The notes: generated by a model from the letters alone, not told the origin. DNA of 61,956 nucleotides, filler included, from Sphacelaria rigidula (GCA_964200075.2; 10 parts of 10 records of this genome joined end to end with filler, not necessarily neighbours in it), one strand, 5' to 3'. Shown: positions 26,317 to 39,710, counted from the whole stretch's first letter. Numbers and translations are program-made.

Positions 26317-28926
26317 TGATGCTGCATCCGAGTCTGCTTTCCCATTCACCTTGCATAGTGTACCATGTTCGAGTCGCTTGTCTTGCGCCGTAGCGTCGTT
26401 GGATACCCATGTGTTGCCCCTCCCCCCCTTTCATTATTTTTCCTTGTTTGTAGTGGTTGTACTTTGTATCTGGTATTTTGTATCTGGTATTTGCTTCCTG
26501 GATGTTTTTTTGGGGGCTTTTGGCTTTGGACCCTGCCTTTGTGTTTCGTGCTTGTCTTGTATTGTGTTGTTTCCTCTTCCTTATTTTTTTTCTTTTTCAT
26601 GTTTGTGTTTGATGCATATATATTTATATATATGTATATATTATCTGTTTCTTCCTGGGTTCATATGGCGAAGTATGACGTGACGACCGTTCCACAAACT
26701 TTCCTGATCCAAGTCTGGAACACTTGAACCTTAGTCCCCCGCGCCGTATAGTCGCGACCATTCCATATTCTGGAACAGTTGCCACGAGTTTTTTTTCTCT
26801 TCGTTGTACGCACCTTTCGTCTTGTTTTGTTTACTATACTGTTGTTTTGTGTGTGTTTTGCTCGAGAATTTCCGGAGCGAGCGCTAGACATACCTGACCC
26901 CCCCGTCTGAAATATTTGCGCTCTTGTTCAATCTCTCCGTACGCGAATACCGCCTCCCTCTTCGAGATCAGTCGTGACGTGTCTCCTTTTGGTTCACGTT
27001 CGGCTTTTATGCTACCATGGGCGATAGCAACCGAAGCCGAGAGTCCGAAATGTTTTCACCTTCTTGGCTGAAACACTTGACCCTACCTGCTTCGTACATG
27101 CGATAACTGCTTCCGTTTACAGGGACGGTCGCCACGTTTTTTTTTCTTTTCTGCTTCATGTTCCTGATATTTTGTCTTCACTGTTGCCAAGCGTACCCCT
27201 AGTTTTGTATTTATTCTGGTTTTGGGTTTGGTTTTTGCGTCTATGCCGGGAAAGTTTCCATGAGTGTTCCAACGCTCCTGACCCTCGAATCTCGAACAGT
27301 TGGCCTACGTTTTCTGCGAGTCCTACACACGTGCGACGGACCTCGTTGATAGGAAGGGTCACGTGTATGCGACGCAACGGATGAACTATACTTTGATGAT
27401 TGGTAAAATACAACGTGGTCACCACTGACCGCGTCGTACGTAACGATGTTGAGGAATTATCATGGCAGTAGTGGAATATTTAGTTGCAAACGTCTCCTCA
27501 TACAGGTCCAGTACGTATCATGATAGGATAGATCGCTCTTCCGTAACAGACCGTTCCGCCATTTCGATATTCGACCATTGGTACAGCCTACAGGCTTAGA
27601 GTCCGCCACTCGCATTTTTCTCGTCACTGCATACACCAGTTTTTTGCGTACGGTTACCCGCCCATGAAATCGGTCGGTGGTGGGGGTTTTTTATCAGGGG
27701 TTATTGGACGAAGTAACGTGACGGTCAGACCGGCTGTGGTTTTTAATCCAGTTTGCGTTCGAGCCAGTCTCGTTTTAGTCCGAACGGACAAATACCGTGA
27801 GGGGTGGACAGCGTTGGCCCTCTCTCTTCCGTGTATTTGTCGTGGTTCAGAAAAGTGTCGGGTGATCCGCCTCGGAACTACGTAGTAGCTCCGATGGTTG
27901 TGTGTTGGCTCAATTACGTTTTTTTTCACGTGTAGGGATACCCGACCTGACAAACCGGCTGGTTCTTTCCGTATCTGGTCATGTGAGAAAAAAAAAAGCT
28001 GTACGATTGGATCACCACCCAGACGTCCACACGTGCGAAGCTACTGCAGAACAGCAATACCAAACTTTGCTGACATTGAGATACTGCAATCAGTACAGAA
28101 CGGAACAGAAATTGACAGTTTAACGTTCTTGGTAGAAAGCAACGGGCATTAAACGGTTTGCAGGTTGGAAAACGCGGAATGTTTTAGAGGAGAACCCGTA
28201 TGTTTCCCCGCAAGTGTTACATGCGCTTGCAAAACCTCTGTCATCCTTCTTATATACCTCGCGGGGGGACAGGGAAACCACTTTCCCTCAGACCACAAGA
28301 GTCATTTCTATCATGTGTATGTAGTTGAGAAAACCGAATTGTTTTATTTTTCTAGAGGTTAAACAAATTTGGTAGATGTTGTTACGCCGGGCGACCTCTG
28401 TGCAGATGCCAGCCAGTTCAGTAGAGCAACGAAAGCTAGCTATGATCGGGTTTGCCTGCCGTACTGCCGCCAGCGTTGCTTGAAAGCCACAAGACCTTTG
28501 CCGTCGGCGGTTGGGTTAGGGTTTCGTAAGACACGCAATACTTCACAAGTAAAGTACTGTATCTACTACTGTCGAGTCCGTCCCGAGCCAGACCAGCCAG
28601 AGCGCATCAGATGTACGGCTACCCCAAGTATACAGTACTTTACTTGTAAAGCATTGCGTCCCTTACGAAACCCCATTTTTTCACACGAGCACTGTAAATT
28701 TGTAGCGTTCCGTCGCTGAAAAACACTGTCGCCTAGTAAACGACAGAACGTATACTGTACTACCGAGAGCGGTAATATGCGCGCGATCAAAGCCTCACAA
28801 GCAGATTGTTTCGTAGTACACGAACACTACGGCGTTCACTTGTCCGCGTTCTGTACACTATTTTGAGTAACACACGTTATTCTTTCTTTACGTATTTCTG
28901 TACTGTCTACCCATTCAAATATCAGG

Positions 28927-30930
28927 ATGTCGTTTTCCAACAAATCCGGATCCGTGTACGCCATGCTGACCTCCCTTCATCGGAGAAAAGCAAAGGATAT
29001 GTACACTAATTTCGAGACCCTACTGAAGCAGACCCATCTAATCCGAAAGCAGCGAGACGCCCTCCAAGCGCAAGCCGAAGCCGGGAGATTTCCTAAATCT
29101 CTGAACATAAAACCCGTACGTGCTAGGGTTAGAACCGAGCTACCCCTCACCAACGGTGGCACAGCTCACGGCCTTATTCATGCTCGAGGAAGTAGCCGCG
29201 GTGAACAAGCGGTACAGACAAAATGTACTCAAAGATTTGACAAACGAGATCGAATCAGCAAAGAAAAATATCGTAGACTCGCAATCACCCGTGACTATTC
29301 AGACTGCCATAGATCTGAACGTACGAGAATACGGAGTCCTTGACCCCGATACTCTCAGGGAATGGCGCAGAGATTTTCTAGAGATTGATTCAGGTGTAGA
29401 AAAAGTAAAAGACGCTTCCTCCTCCCCTCCCTTTAACCTCTCGGTAGCCGCTAGACATGTAGTGATTGAACCATCTCTCAAGGAAAACTCAGTCAAGATT
29501 GCCAAAGCCGAAGCCGAAAAACGAGCTAAGGCAGCGGAATTAGCCGCCGGTAAAGAATTGTCGTTATAATCACTGCAAGAAACTATCAAGCCTCTTACAG
29601 CCTCGGTCGCCAACTTCAAACACAAGTCGACGATCGACACCAAGACGAAGTCTAAGGTTAGTTCCAGGGACAGAGGAAACATGTCTAGGTCGAGCCACAA
29701 GGCAGGATCTAAGGGCAGCCCACGAAAAATCCCAACACTAACCCTGACCCTGACCCTGACTCTAAGAACCGAAACCTCAGGGGCCCCACCCCTAAGGATA
29801 ATTCCAGCACCTGCGGTAAGACTGATCCCAACTCTAAGGCTAGGGCTAGGTCACACCCTCCCGCTCCCAAGCAGGACCGCGGTGGTAAACGTCCGTCCCC
29901 CCCGGACGAACCGTTCTTTAAAAAGTTTGGAAGGATTTTTGAATATGATGGCAGAAGTCACGAGTGTCTGCCGTACATCGTATTCACCCTTACTCGTAGA
30001 AGAATTGAGCGCTAAGGATAGACATTGGCGCAGGTTAAAGAGCAACGGACTAGAATTTCGAAGTATGCAGACGAGTAAGCGTAAAGGCAAAAGGCTAAAC
30101 AACAAGAAAGTGAGGCTTCGCCATACAAATGTGGAACTGAATAACCTCCCTCTTACCCATGCTATCGTTCGCAAAATTCTCACCCTGGCCCTCGAACTTG
30201 TTCGGGGCAGTGTCCGCACAACCAACGTGAATGTCATAGCCAACGTACCCGAAATTCCGGAGGCAGTAATCACCCTCCTGAGCAAAGGACTAGCTTGCGC
30301 TATCCCTTCGAATCACGCGGCCAGGCAGCTGGACTCCGCGACCGGAGAATACATTCGCCGTATCAAAATCAAACATGTTTTTGGTGATCAGCCTAACACC
30401 AATTTTTGACCCCAAGCAAGTTCTCCGTCAAACGCACGAGGCCCATCGCCTCCGGCGATACCACCCTCGATCAAATGCTCGTTGAGCACCAAGCTAAAAT
30501 GCAAATGACACAGCACGAGGTATTTCAATCCTCCAGAATATCACCCCATGTCCGATCCTCCATCAACCACTCCGAAAGACGCGCACTTTCCTGGCTCAAA
30601 ACGAAACCCAGGTGCACCAAAGAAGTGGTTATCAAAAATACCGATAAGAACTCAGGCTGCGCTGTCATCGGCAAGGAATGGTACATGAATGAATGTTACA
30701 GACAGTTAAACGATCTTTCCACGTATAGGCCCATCTCGGCGGTATACAACATCTAAACAAGCCTTACCCAAAAGAACAGTTATATTGTCGGACTGTTCGA
30801 AGAATTGAACAAGAGATTTCAGTACAGTAATCATCCGCACCGAGATATAATTCTCTGGATAACAGCAAATTGTGAGAATTGAGGTTTAACTCTGAATTGA
30901 GGCTCAAGTGGGCAACCCAACTTGCGAACT
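28927..30930 (+). mobile_element. Penelope-like element: coiled-coil/basic ORF1 plus N-terminal region of the RT ORF, decayed and cut by the contig end
   Basis: PLE pre-RT motifs TLLSKGL...YIRRIKIK and INHSERRALSWL...VVIKNTDKNSGCAV...YMNECYRQLNDLSTY (DKG-type motif). The upstream ORF has FPKSLNIK, helical E/K/A-rich segments, frameshifts and a TAA at 29567-29569. Confidence 0.8.
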
Positions 30931-31030
30931 NNNNNNNNNNNNNNNNNNNNNNNNNNNNNNNNNNNNNNNNNNNNTTAATTAATTAANNNNNNNNNNNNNN
31001 NNNNNNNNNNNNNNNNNNNNNNNNNNNNNN
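30931..31030. other. Artificial contig linker
   Basis: N44-TTAATTAATTAA-N44. Confidence 0.99.
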
Positions 31031-31506
31031 GACATGCCTCAGCGGTATTGCAAACTTGAGCAAAAAGAACAGCTGAAATGAAGACATCTCCGAAAAAATT
31101 CGCTGTAAGCGAATGAGTACCCCCCCCCCCCCCCTCAACATTTATAGAGCATGGTGTCGATTGTTTCTCACGTGAAGTCATGCCACTCGCAACACTGTTG
31201 ACTGTGTACCGACCCGTGCAAAATTACCTCCACATTCATACGACCCGTTTTTCACACCCCCCTCAACCTCGGTGAAACCCACATCTCGATCAAACACAAG
31301 TTCCCCACCGTGGGGAAACTTCACCATCCCTCGTCCAAAAACAAGGACTTCTCCTTCCCGCAAGGAACAGTTTGCATATTTCCGACAACGTGGGCAGTGA
31401 AGTTTTTGTCAACTATTGACTAACGGTGTCAAGAAAAAACAGTTCATGTGCTTTCTCGATTCTCTCGTAAAATCTTCAATCTGTGTGTGTGTGTGTTTTT
31501 TGTCAC

Positions 31507-32157
31507 CTGTTCGCCAGGAAGGCCGCGAGCGTAAAACCGTCCATTCCAGCAAGCCACGAGGACTGCACCCAATCTTCCCCGCCATCGCACCTGTTGCCGC
31601 TGCCACTGCTACCAGCAGCGGCGGCGACAGTCGCCGCAAGTGAACCGGCCGACAATTTTGCACCCATGCCGCCGTTCCCACCGACCAATCCCAACTCCGC
31701 CAGCAGCGATTCCGTAGACGATAAGAAGGGGGACGCTATAGACGACGACTTGCCTTTTCTCGTCACTACACTGCCGTCTGATGGTTTCGAAGCAAGCACT
31801 TCGTTATTTTTCGTGGCAATAGTGATGTCGCCAACCGAAGAACACGGGGCGCCGCCAGTCCCCGAACCGGTTGCCGGGACGGCTGCTTTTCCCACCGCCG
31901 CTACAGGCTCGCGAAGGAAGTGGCCGTGGGACGCGCTATCCATCGCACGAAAGAACGCCTCGGTATCTCCGAGGAAGGCCTCTGTGAACGTCACAGCCTT
32001 GGGAGGAGCTGCTCCGAAAGCCAACGCGGCATTCTCTACTGCAGCTTCTCCAAAAGCACGGCACGTCGATGACAGCGTCCGGTGACGGTGATCGATCACG
32101 CTAGCGAGCGAGGTCATCGCGAGCTCCGCTTCCACTGTGGTGGCTTGAAAAGTTGCC
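31507..32157 (-). CDS. Exon 2 of a MEE44-like nucleotidyltransferase-family (non-canonical poly(A) polymerase-like) gene, N-terminal region
   Basis: Acceptor TGTCAG|G, donor AACAG|GTGA, 651 bp open, phase 2-2. Motifs FFRAMDSASHGHFL and DWVQSSWL...FTLAAFLANR resemble, from memory, the N-terminal block of plant MEE44/At4g00060-type proteins. The catalytic domain is not in the contig. Confidence 0.7.
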
Positions 32158-32361
32158 CTGACATTCATTTAGGGTCACGCGGGTACAGTGGCCGAAACAG
32201 AAATGGTTTTGCACGGTGGAGCAATCGGCATACACGACACACATGTCGTTCCAGCCTAGGGCAACACGCCAACAAACGTCCTCTTGCAAAACAGGCAAAG
32301 AAGTGTAACGCGATCACAACCACCATCAGCACCGCAGCATTATCCCGAGCAACGAACGTAC

Positions 32362-32735
32362 CGGCCGGAGCCACCCTTTGCAGGTGGAGGAGGCTGTACT
32401 TCGAACCGCACGTTCTGTCCCGCGTACGCCCTCCTGTCCAATCTCGCCGCCATGTTGGCTGTTAGCAGACACCATGCGGGGTCTTCGAAGGTGAGCAGCC
32501 GAGCGCGTTCAGCGGGATCGAGCTCCGAAAGCCATCGCCTAGCTCGTTCACGCAAGGAAGGACATGGGTCATCGCCGTGGTGGCGGGCTCCGCTTCGATC
32601 TTCTCTGCGTGCATTATTCAACCCGTCGATACCACTGGCGGCACTTCCACAGCATTTCCCCTTGTCAAGGCTGACCGTTGTAGTGTCCGGGGAGGGAGAG
32701 ACGCCCCCCCCCGATGATGTCATAGCTGGTGACAT
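32362..32735 (-). CDS. Exon 1 of the same gene
   Basis: ATG at 32735, donor CCG|GTACGT. 374 bp (phase 2) splices in frame to exon 2. Motif RWLSELDPAERARLLTFED. Confidence 0.75.
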
Positions 32736-33152
32736 GTCGCGTTATAATTTCCTGAGGAGTAGTGATGCGGTCGACATTGAAATAGAGAAGGGGAACGTTG
32801 TCAGCGCCAAGATACCAAGTTGAGCCATCCAGGCTCAGCGCCGTGTGTTTTCCACGGGTACACCTAACCTGACATTGACTTCATCACAGATTAATGTAAG
32901 ATGTAGGGCAATAAAAATGTACGGCGGGTGGTACAGTAGCAGCGTGCAGCACAGGACTTTCAAAGGGGCAGCTGCACGTGAACATTACGTGTCGAACATC
33001 TCCTGGTCATTTCTGCGATACATCCATGCGTAAGAGCTTGTTTCCACAGGCACCGCCTGCGTACCGAAAAGCCCGCGTCGTGTCTTGCATGAAATCTAAC
33101 CGGTGGTTGATGTAGATGAGAGAGAGTTGACTTGAAATCACGCCAAACGTTA

Positions 33153-34120
33153 CAGGCTGGGCCGCCCAAGAAGCCACCAGGAATGTTGAAACGCATTTCC
33201 TGCGCTCAATTTTGGATCGTTTTCGATGAAATTTCGACACGATGTACAGGACGTATGTGGAAACACCCCACCATCCATCTCCTGTTTTTGTTTTTTTGCT
33301 TCGTGAGTTATGGGCAATTTTGTTCCGGAAAAAACTATTCTAAAATGTTCCTTCGCCAATAACTCACGGAGAAAAAAAATAAAAACAGGGGATGGAAAGT
33401 GAGGTGTTCGCACATACATCCTGTACATCGTGTCAAAATTTCATCGAAAACGATCCAAAATTGAGCGCAGGAAATGCGTCATTCCGTCGACAAGCGGTCA
33501 CTAAAGTATATGGAGGTGGACCAGTGACGAATAATTCCAACGCATTTCCTGCGCTCAATTTTGAACTGTTTCCAATAAAATTTTGACACGATGCACAGGA
33601 CGTATGTGCGATTACCAGACCTTTTCTCCGATGTTTTGTTTTGTTTTTCTGCGTGAGTTATTGGCGATTTTGTTCCGAAACAAACTGTTCTGAAATGTTC
33701 CGTCGCCAATAACTCACGAAGAAAAGAAAAAAAAACACGGGAGGAACGAAGGGGTGTTTGCACATACTTCCTGTACAATATCTCAAAATTTCATCGAAAA
33801 AGACAGAGTATTGCGCTCGGGAATTGTGCCACAGCTTTTGCGGCACCACGCGGCACAAAACTGACTACGCGAAAATCCAATCTCAGCCGTTTTTGTTTGG
33901 CTATTTCCGCCGCACATAGTACTCTCAACTCTCTACACTTTCGAACTTGATTACAGTTTGATAATTCGTTTGATGACACCTTGTCGGATCGCAGTGCTAC
34001 TTGGACTTCAAGACGCACGCTGATTTGCCGATTACCACGATGTGTCATAGTGGGCACAACTCGCGATACATCTTGAGTTAGAACGGGCTGAAGGAAAGTG
34101 AGCTTGGGCGGCCCAGCCTG
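33153..34120. mobile_element. Non-autonomous Tc1/mariner-type element (968 bp) with TA TSD
   Basis: Perfect 18-bp TIR CAGGCTGGGCCGCCCAAG (33153-33170 / 34103-34120), TA on both sides. Two internal palindromic units. Confidence 0.88.
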
Positions 34121-36225
34121 TAGTGCAGTTTTGAGGGACGACCGGTGAAGCCGAGAAACATGCGGATGACCGACCGGACAGCATGGTTGTTCTCCATGCA
34201 GGCAGTGATCAATGCTCAAGCTATCGATATAGAGAGGCCCGCCTAGAGATTTGAGGAAATTGGGTTACATTATTGGCTGTACATCCCTAGACCAGTACTA
34301 AACGATACGAGCTGACCCTCAGAAGAGAGTGTCAGGGTCTCCCATCGCTACTTATATCGTGGCGTACACGAAGTAGGTCCACCGTACTACTGCACATATA
34401 TACCTGACGCCGGGAAGCAGGCGGACACAGCGCCGTAGCCCGAATCGCGCAGCGACTTCCTCCATCCGACATGACAAAATTATCCACAAAATACAGCGTT
34501 GATTTTGTCCATACTCTTCGTAGCATATTATTTGGTCTAAAACGCAGGCGGTTACGATTGTGATCATATTTTCAACATAGGCCCCAGGAGGCACAGTAAT
34601 ACCAGAGTTTAGAAACCGGTTTCGGCCTTAGAGGAATCGTCCCGAAATAAGTATATTTCAAACCACGGGAAGGCTGTTTAGCCCTTAGACCGCGAGGGTA
34701 GTCTACCTGGAATATGCATTTTCTTCTCTTCAACATACAGCTGTACCCTGAACTAATGGTTATATTGTCAAAAATGTGTACTGCGTACAGTATGTTTATT
34801 GCAATATACGCAATAGACAACACTGTTCTATGCAGTACACTCTTTTTGACGAAGTAATCTGTTGTCCTGTGTGTGATACTTTTTCAAGCGGAGTTGATGC
34901 CGATTCAAGAGATGACCGACTCTCGTCATCTAAGGGTTACAGCAAGGTTTTTGCAAGACCTACCGGACATGATATTTGACCCTCCAGTACTGTAGGATAC
35001 AACCCGACGATGGCATCTACAGTAGTGTATATTGCAAGGGTACTCTTTCCGTTCCCACGATATTTTCGGGGCGACCGCATTGCACGCCCCATCAATAGAC
35101 AGCGGATTGCATCGGTACTGTACGCGGTACACTTTTCTTGCTGTCAACGTTGTCTCCTGTACAGGGTGTGCTGTTTTGTGCGATCAAGTGTTTCTGGATT
35201 TGAGGTGAGAAAACAATGCTTCATGGACCAAAGACAGGAGGTTTCATTGGTCCATACCCCCAGCATATTAAAAATACCTGGACAAACACCGAGCGGCCGA
35301 GAGCATATCGCGTTGTGCTCTAAGTACTCAGATGCACTACAGCACACCCCAGTAGCGCTGCAGTCATGATGACGCTGTATAGCACCCCCAGTAAACCATC
35401 CCGTTAGTCCCCTTTATCGAAAAATGGTAGTCATGATGCCGAAATCTCCTTATCTAGAAAGATCTCATCAATACCCTTCAATGAAAAATATTGTTTGCTC
35501 GGCTGCGTAAGGTCTTCCTTCCAGAGGACATCAAGTGCGGAATGTCCACGACGAGAGCGGCACATATGATATCCACTTAATGTTACCATATAAGTACAAT
35601 GCCTAGATACAGGAAGAACGGAGACCAGCATGCAAATGACTTATGCGCTCATCATATTTCCAACTAGATAAATATGCATGCAGCAAATACTTGCGCTGTA
35701 AACGTTAGCTCGCCTTTTCTGTAGTCTCTGATTACCCCTGCGTCTGGTCATGAAGACATCATTCTAGCGAGGGCCCATGCCGACTCGGCCCCAACGACCT
35801 CCTGTACTGCACTGTAGACTGCGGACCAGGTGAGATTCGTTTTTTCCCTTCTTTCGTAGGACACATGCGTTATGTCATTTTCCACAGTGGTGTGTGTCAC
35901 AGAATACAGAATAATAGAGACATGGGAAGTGAAATCTCTCGTGGGAGATAACATTTCACGCCAGTTTTCCCTGATCCTCTGCTCTCATGTTTTTATAAAA
36001 CAAACAATCAGTCCTAGCACATGACCGAAGAAGGAGTACAACAAGTCGAAATTGTAGTATGACTATTTTCCGTCGTTGAATAATGACCGCATATATGTTT
36101 TCTTACACATAAACTGACACATGCATCGTGATCACCGAGCTACACTCTTGTTGCTTCTTGTACCATCTGCGTTGTGCTGTGTACTGCGGTCTACTGCAGG
36201 CCACCCTGTCACACACATGCACACC

Positions 36226-36510
36226 ATGGTTTTCACTAATGCAATGGCTACGATATTAGTATTAGTATCCGTATGCCTCGCGTCGCCAGCGGCCGCGTTC
36301 GTTGTCGGCGGTGGCTCACTCTCCGCGAACGTGGCCCCGTCGTTCGCGACGCATGTAAAATCCAACAGTGTCGCTCATGTGTCTCGTAGATCGCGGCAAC
36401 GGTATGTTAGGCGAGGCGTACGGGGGCTCAACGCAGCAGCAGAGGAAAACGAGGGAGGGGGGGCAGGGTTTAACCCGTATAGCGCCTTCAGGAGCTGGCA
36501 GAAGGATCTG
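36226..36510 (+). CDS. First exon of a plastid-targeted protein of unknown function
   Basis: CACCATGG start; hydrophobic signal peptide ending SPAAA-FVV (ASAF-type cleavage motif); S/R-rich transit peptide; donor CTG|GTGAGA at phase 0. Confidence 0.72.
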
Positions 36511-37136
36511 GTGAGATGTTTTCTTAAGATGCAATCGTACAGGAGCACATACATCACGACGTAAACACAACCGTATGTACTGTACTGTTGTACCTTGTAG
36601 TAAACAGCAATCCCTTCAGCGTATCTGCACCGTATACTTGACCAACTCAGTCAGGCCGTTCTCCTGCACTCACGCGAAGACCACATGAAGGTACTGAACT
36701 GGAGTAGACTGGTCGTGGACTGATGAATGCACGGTACTGGTTAGTACTAAAATTATACAGTATAAATCACGGTGTATAATAACCTGCTTTGACATTTTTT
36801 CAGTCTCGATTCTTCCGAAAATCATGAGGCCGAGCAGCTTGCCGCACAGCATGCGGCGAAAATGGTTTTTTGAGGAAGACGGGAGACACAATGACGTCGG
36901 AGAACAGGATACTGTATTTATTCGTAGGAGGAGTGCACAGGTTGAATAACTGGATACCCAGGGAACAAGATCGACTTGCCGACAATACTGGTCATTTCGG
37001 GATACCGGAGATATCCACTCACCAGAAGACCAGGGTATTACAGGGTACGGTGCAGCACAGTATGAAGCAATTAACCCTTTTGGGACCGGGCCTCCAGAAC
37101 GACCAATGAGGCTGGTCAGGAATGACGTGTCTGGCG

Positions 37137-37236
37137 NNNNNNNNNNNNNNNNNNNNNNNNNNNNNNNNNNNNNNNNNNNNTTAATTAATTAANNNNNNNN
37201 NNNNNNNNNNNNNNNNNNNNNNNNNNNNNNNNNNNN
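37137..37236. other. Artificial contig linker
   Basis: N44-TTAATTAATTAA-N44. Confidence 0.99.
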
Positions 37237-38115
37237 ATGAAGGAAGGTATTCATCCCACCTGGTACCTTTTTTTTGCGCATGTATTGTACAGCCTGTGAA
37301 GTGCAATATTCGGGTATGGCCAGCGCCGAGTGCGGGAAGAAACAGCATGTACAGCACTACATGACGGTCTTGCTCGATGAGCGACATGCGGCCGTGGGTC
37401 ATGTGTGATTCTGCGGGTTACGTACTCCATGAAGGAAAGTATTGACCCCGCCTGGCGCCTTTTTATTTCGCATCGATGGCATGTTGGGATCCTGCACTCA
37501 GGTTCGGACGACCCCCTACGTGGAGCGAGATTATCCGACTCGTAAACAACATAGATTTCGAGTTGTGAACTTGGACAGTACATTAGTACGATCACGTGCA
37601 GGATCATGACAATAGATGGCGCGGCAACCAAAACCCCGTTATCATTGGACAGTACAGCACGATAACCGCACGATTGAAGATATCTGTAATAAAAATAATT
37701 GACGTACGATCCTACACGCATCGACTCCCCCGCGCATTCGCTGACCGTAGATGTGGAAGATCTCCATGACTCACGGTTGGGGTGCAACGTCTGGAGCACT
37801 TTTGAGACGCCGGCCGGGGCAGACTGAACGTGAGATACGGCACCGCAATCGGTCTTGAGGAAAGAGCACCCCGATACCCCTCGTGCACTATTACCGTGCG
37901 AAGTAGAGATGCTGAAGACCCAGCTCATCTGACTACTTTTCTCTTGTTCCCGCTGATGACTGTGATATTGGAACTACATTGAGGATGCCTTTGTTCCGGG
38001 ATATCATCATTTCACACAAACCCGTGTTTTTTGCAATCTAAAAACAAATGAGACTGCACGACTGATACGTTGCGTCAATCTATCATTTTCCCGTCTATTC
38101 CGGGCAGGTAATGAA

Positions 38116-39470
38116 GTGTCTGCACCACTGTCGCCTCCATCTCGACCGACACATGCCACATCCACGGTTGAAAGTGGATATCCCCTGACGCACCCCGAAT
38201 GTGCAGCACCGGTGGAAAATGTGAGGGACATCGCCGAGGGTCACACCGGCGAACGAGTCAAACCGCAAAACTGGCTGAGCCCCCATTCCTACGGAAACGA
38301 TACCGCGACTGTGCTGTTCAGTACGCCGGAGGCGTCCTTCGCGTCCAGTGATGGCGCATCTGTAGAAAAGCAGGGGTTGGAGGGGTGCAATGACCATCCG
38401 AGTACAGAAGGCAGAAACTTCAAATTTCGATCGGCCGGGGAAGGCTCGACTCGTGAAGTGTCCATCACCTCGGCCTCAGAAAACAATGTACGGGAGGTGT
38501 TACCACGGCATCCGCCGAGAGTACCTCTCAAAGATTTGGGTAACACCCCCCGTGAAATCGGGAGAGCTGCCGGTGGTAGGGCCCCGGAGGTACAAAATTC
38601 AACTCCATCGGCCAAGGCCAAGAAGAGACGTACACCGCCCAACTCCGGCAGGGGCACACCACCACATGCTGACGTACGTGCATCGAGGCGGCAGAGAACC
38701 GCGACGAATAAGCCGGAGGTTGACAGCGTATGGGGAGCGTGGCATGAACAACAGCAGGCGGCGTTGCAGCACAGAAACGGCGTAAGGGAGGATCAGCTGC
38801 TGGCAATACAATCTCCCGAGAAAGTGCCGATGTCCGTATCCCCATACAACTCGAGACGGGGTTTTACTCGGGGCTCACCGGGGGAGGTTTCCACGCCGTC
38901 GGGACACCGTAACAATCGACCAGGCTCACCATACACTCGCGACCAACTCGTGCAGGCGCGCCGGCGTCAAAATCGAAGCGGAAGAAGAAGAAGGCTACAT
39001 ATGCTGCCGCCACTGGGGGCGACCAATGCAGAGTTGAAGGTGTCGGCCGCTCATCTTGCGCGGGTTCGGAGCAAGAGCATGTAGCACCGGCGCCTACGAA
39101 CGGGGCTGCCAGCGAGCTAGTGACGCATCCCGACCGCGGGGCAAGACCCCCCGATACTGATCGTAGTGAACATCGTGCGCGCGGTGAAAGAGGGAGATTG
39201 ACGACCCGACGGAGTAGTTCTCAAGGGCTCTCTGGGAATCATGATAGCTGCAGGGGGGTGCGTGCTGCGCCGGCAGGACCTACCCCGGTTAGTGGAATGA
39301 GGAGGAGGAACGGACGTCAGCCGGTTTGCAATCGTGATGTGTGTGGCATGCAGTTCCCCGTCTTCGACGAGCAATGCAACACGTGCTCTTCTTGCGGTCA
39401 GGTACACGACCCGGCATCGCGACTGTGCTTCGCTTGCCATCGATCAGGGTCCGGGGAAGGCAATATCTGA
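38116..39470 (+). pseudogene. Low-complexity frame followed by a putative zinc ribbon, probably the upstream part of the Academ-like protein
   Basis: 322-aa P/S/R-rich ORF, then CNRDVC...CNTCSSC...CFAC in the same frame as ORF 39711. Confidence 0.35.
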
Positions 39471-39710
39471 CGTCATCTTGGCGCGGCGCGAATCACGGAG
39501 GCGGGTGGCGGCAGCTGCGGCCGGCGGAGGTGTCGATTGCAGCGATCTGGCAAGGGCGCCCCCGCGGACATATCTTGAGGTGGTGACAGGAAGGGGAACA
39601 GGTGAGGCGACGGCGGCGCCGAGGACGGCGCCACGCGCTGGTGTCGGCGCCGACGGGGGGTCTCGACGACTCCACCGTCGTCTCTCGCGGCGTCATCAGA
39701 GAGCGGGAGC

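Noticed and set aside
27500..28926. Hammerhead ribozyme expected near a Penelope-like element
   Set aside because: No CTGANGA...GAAA core found by eye here. Look-alikes at ~12700 and ~60337 lack the required core or stems.
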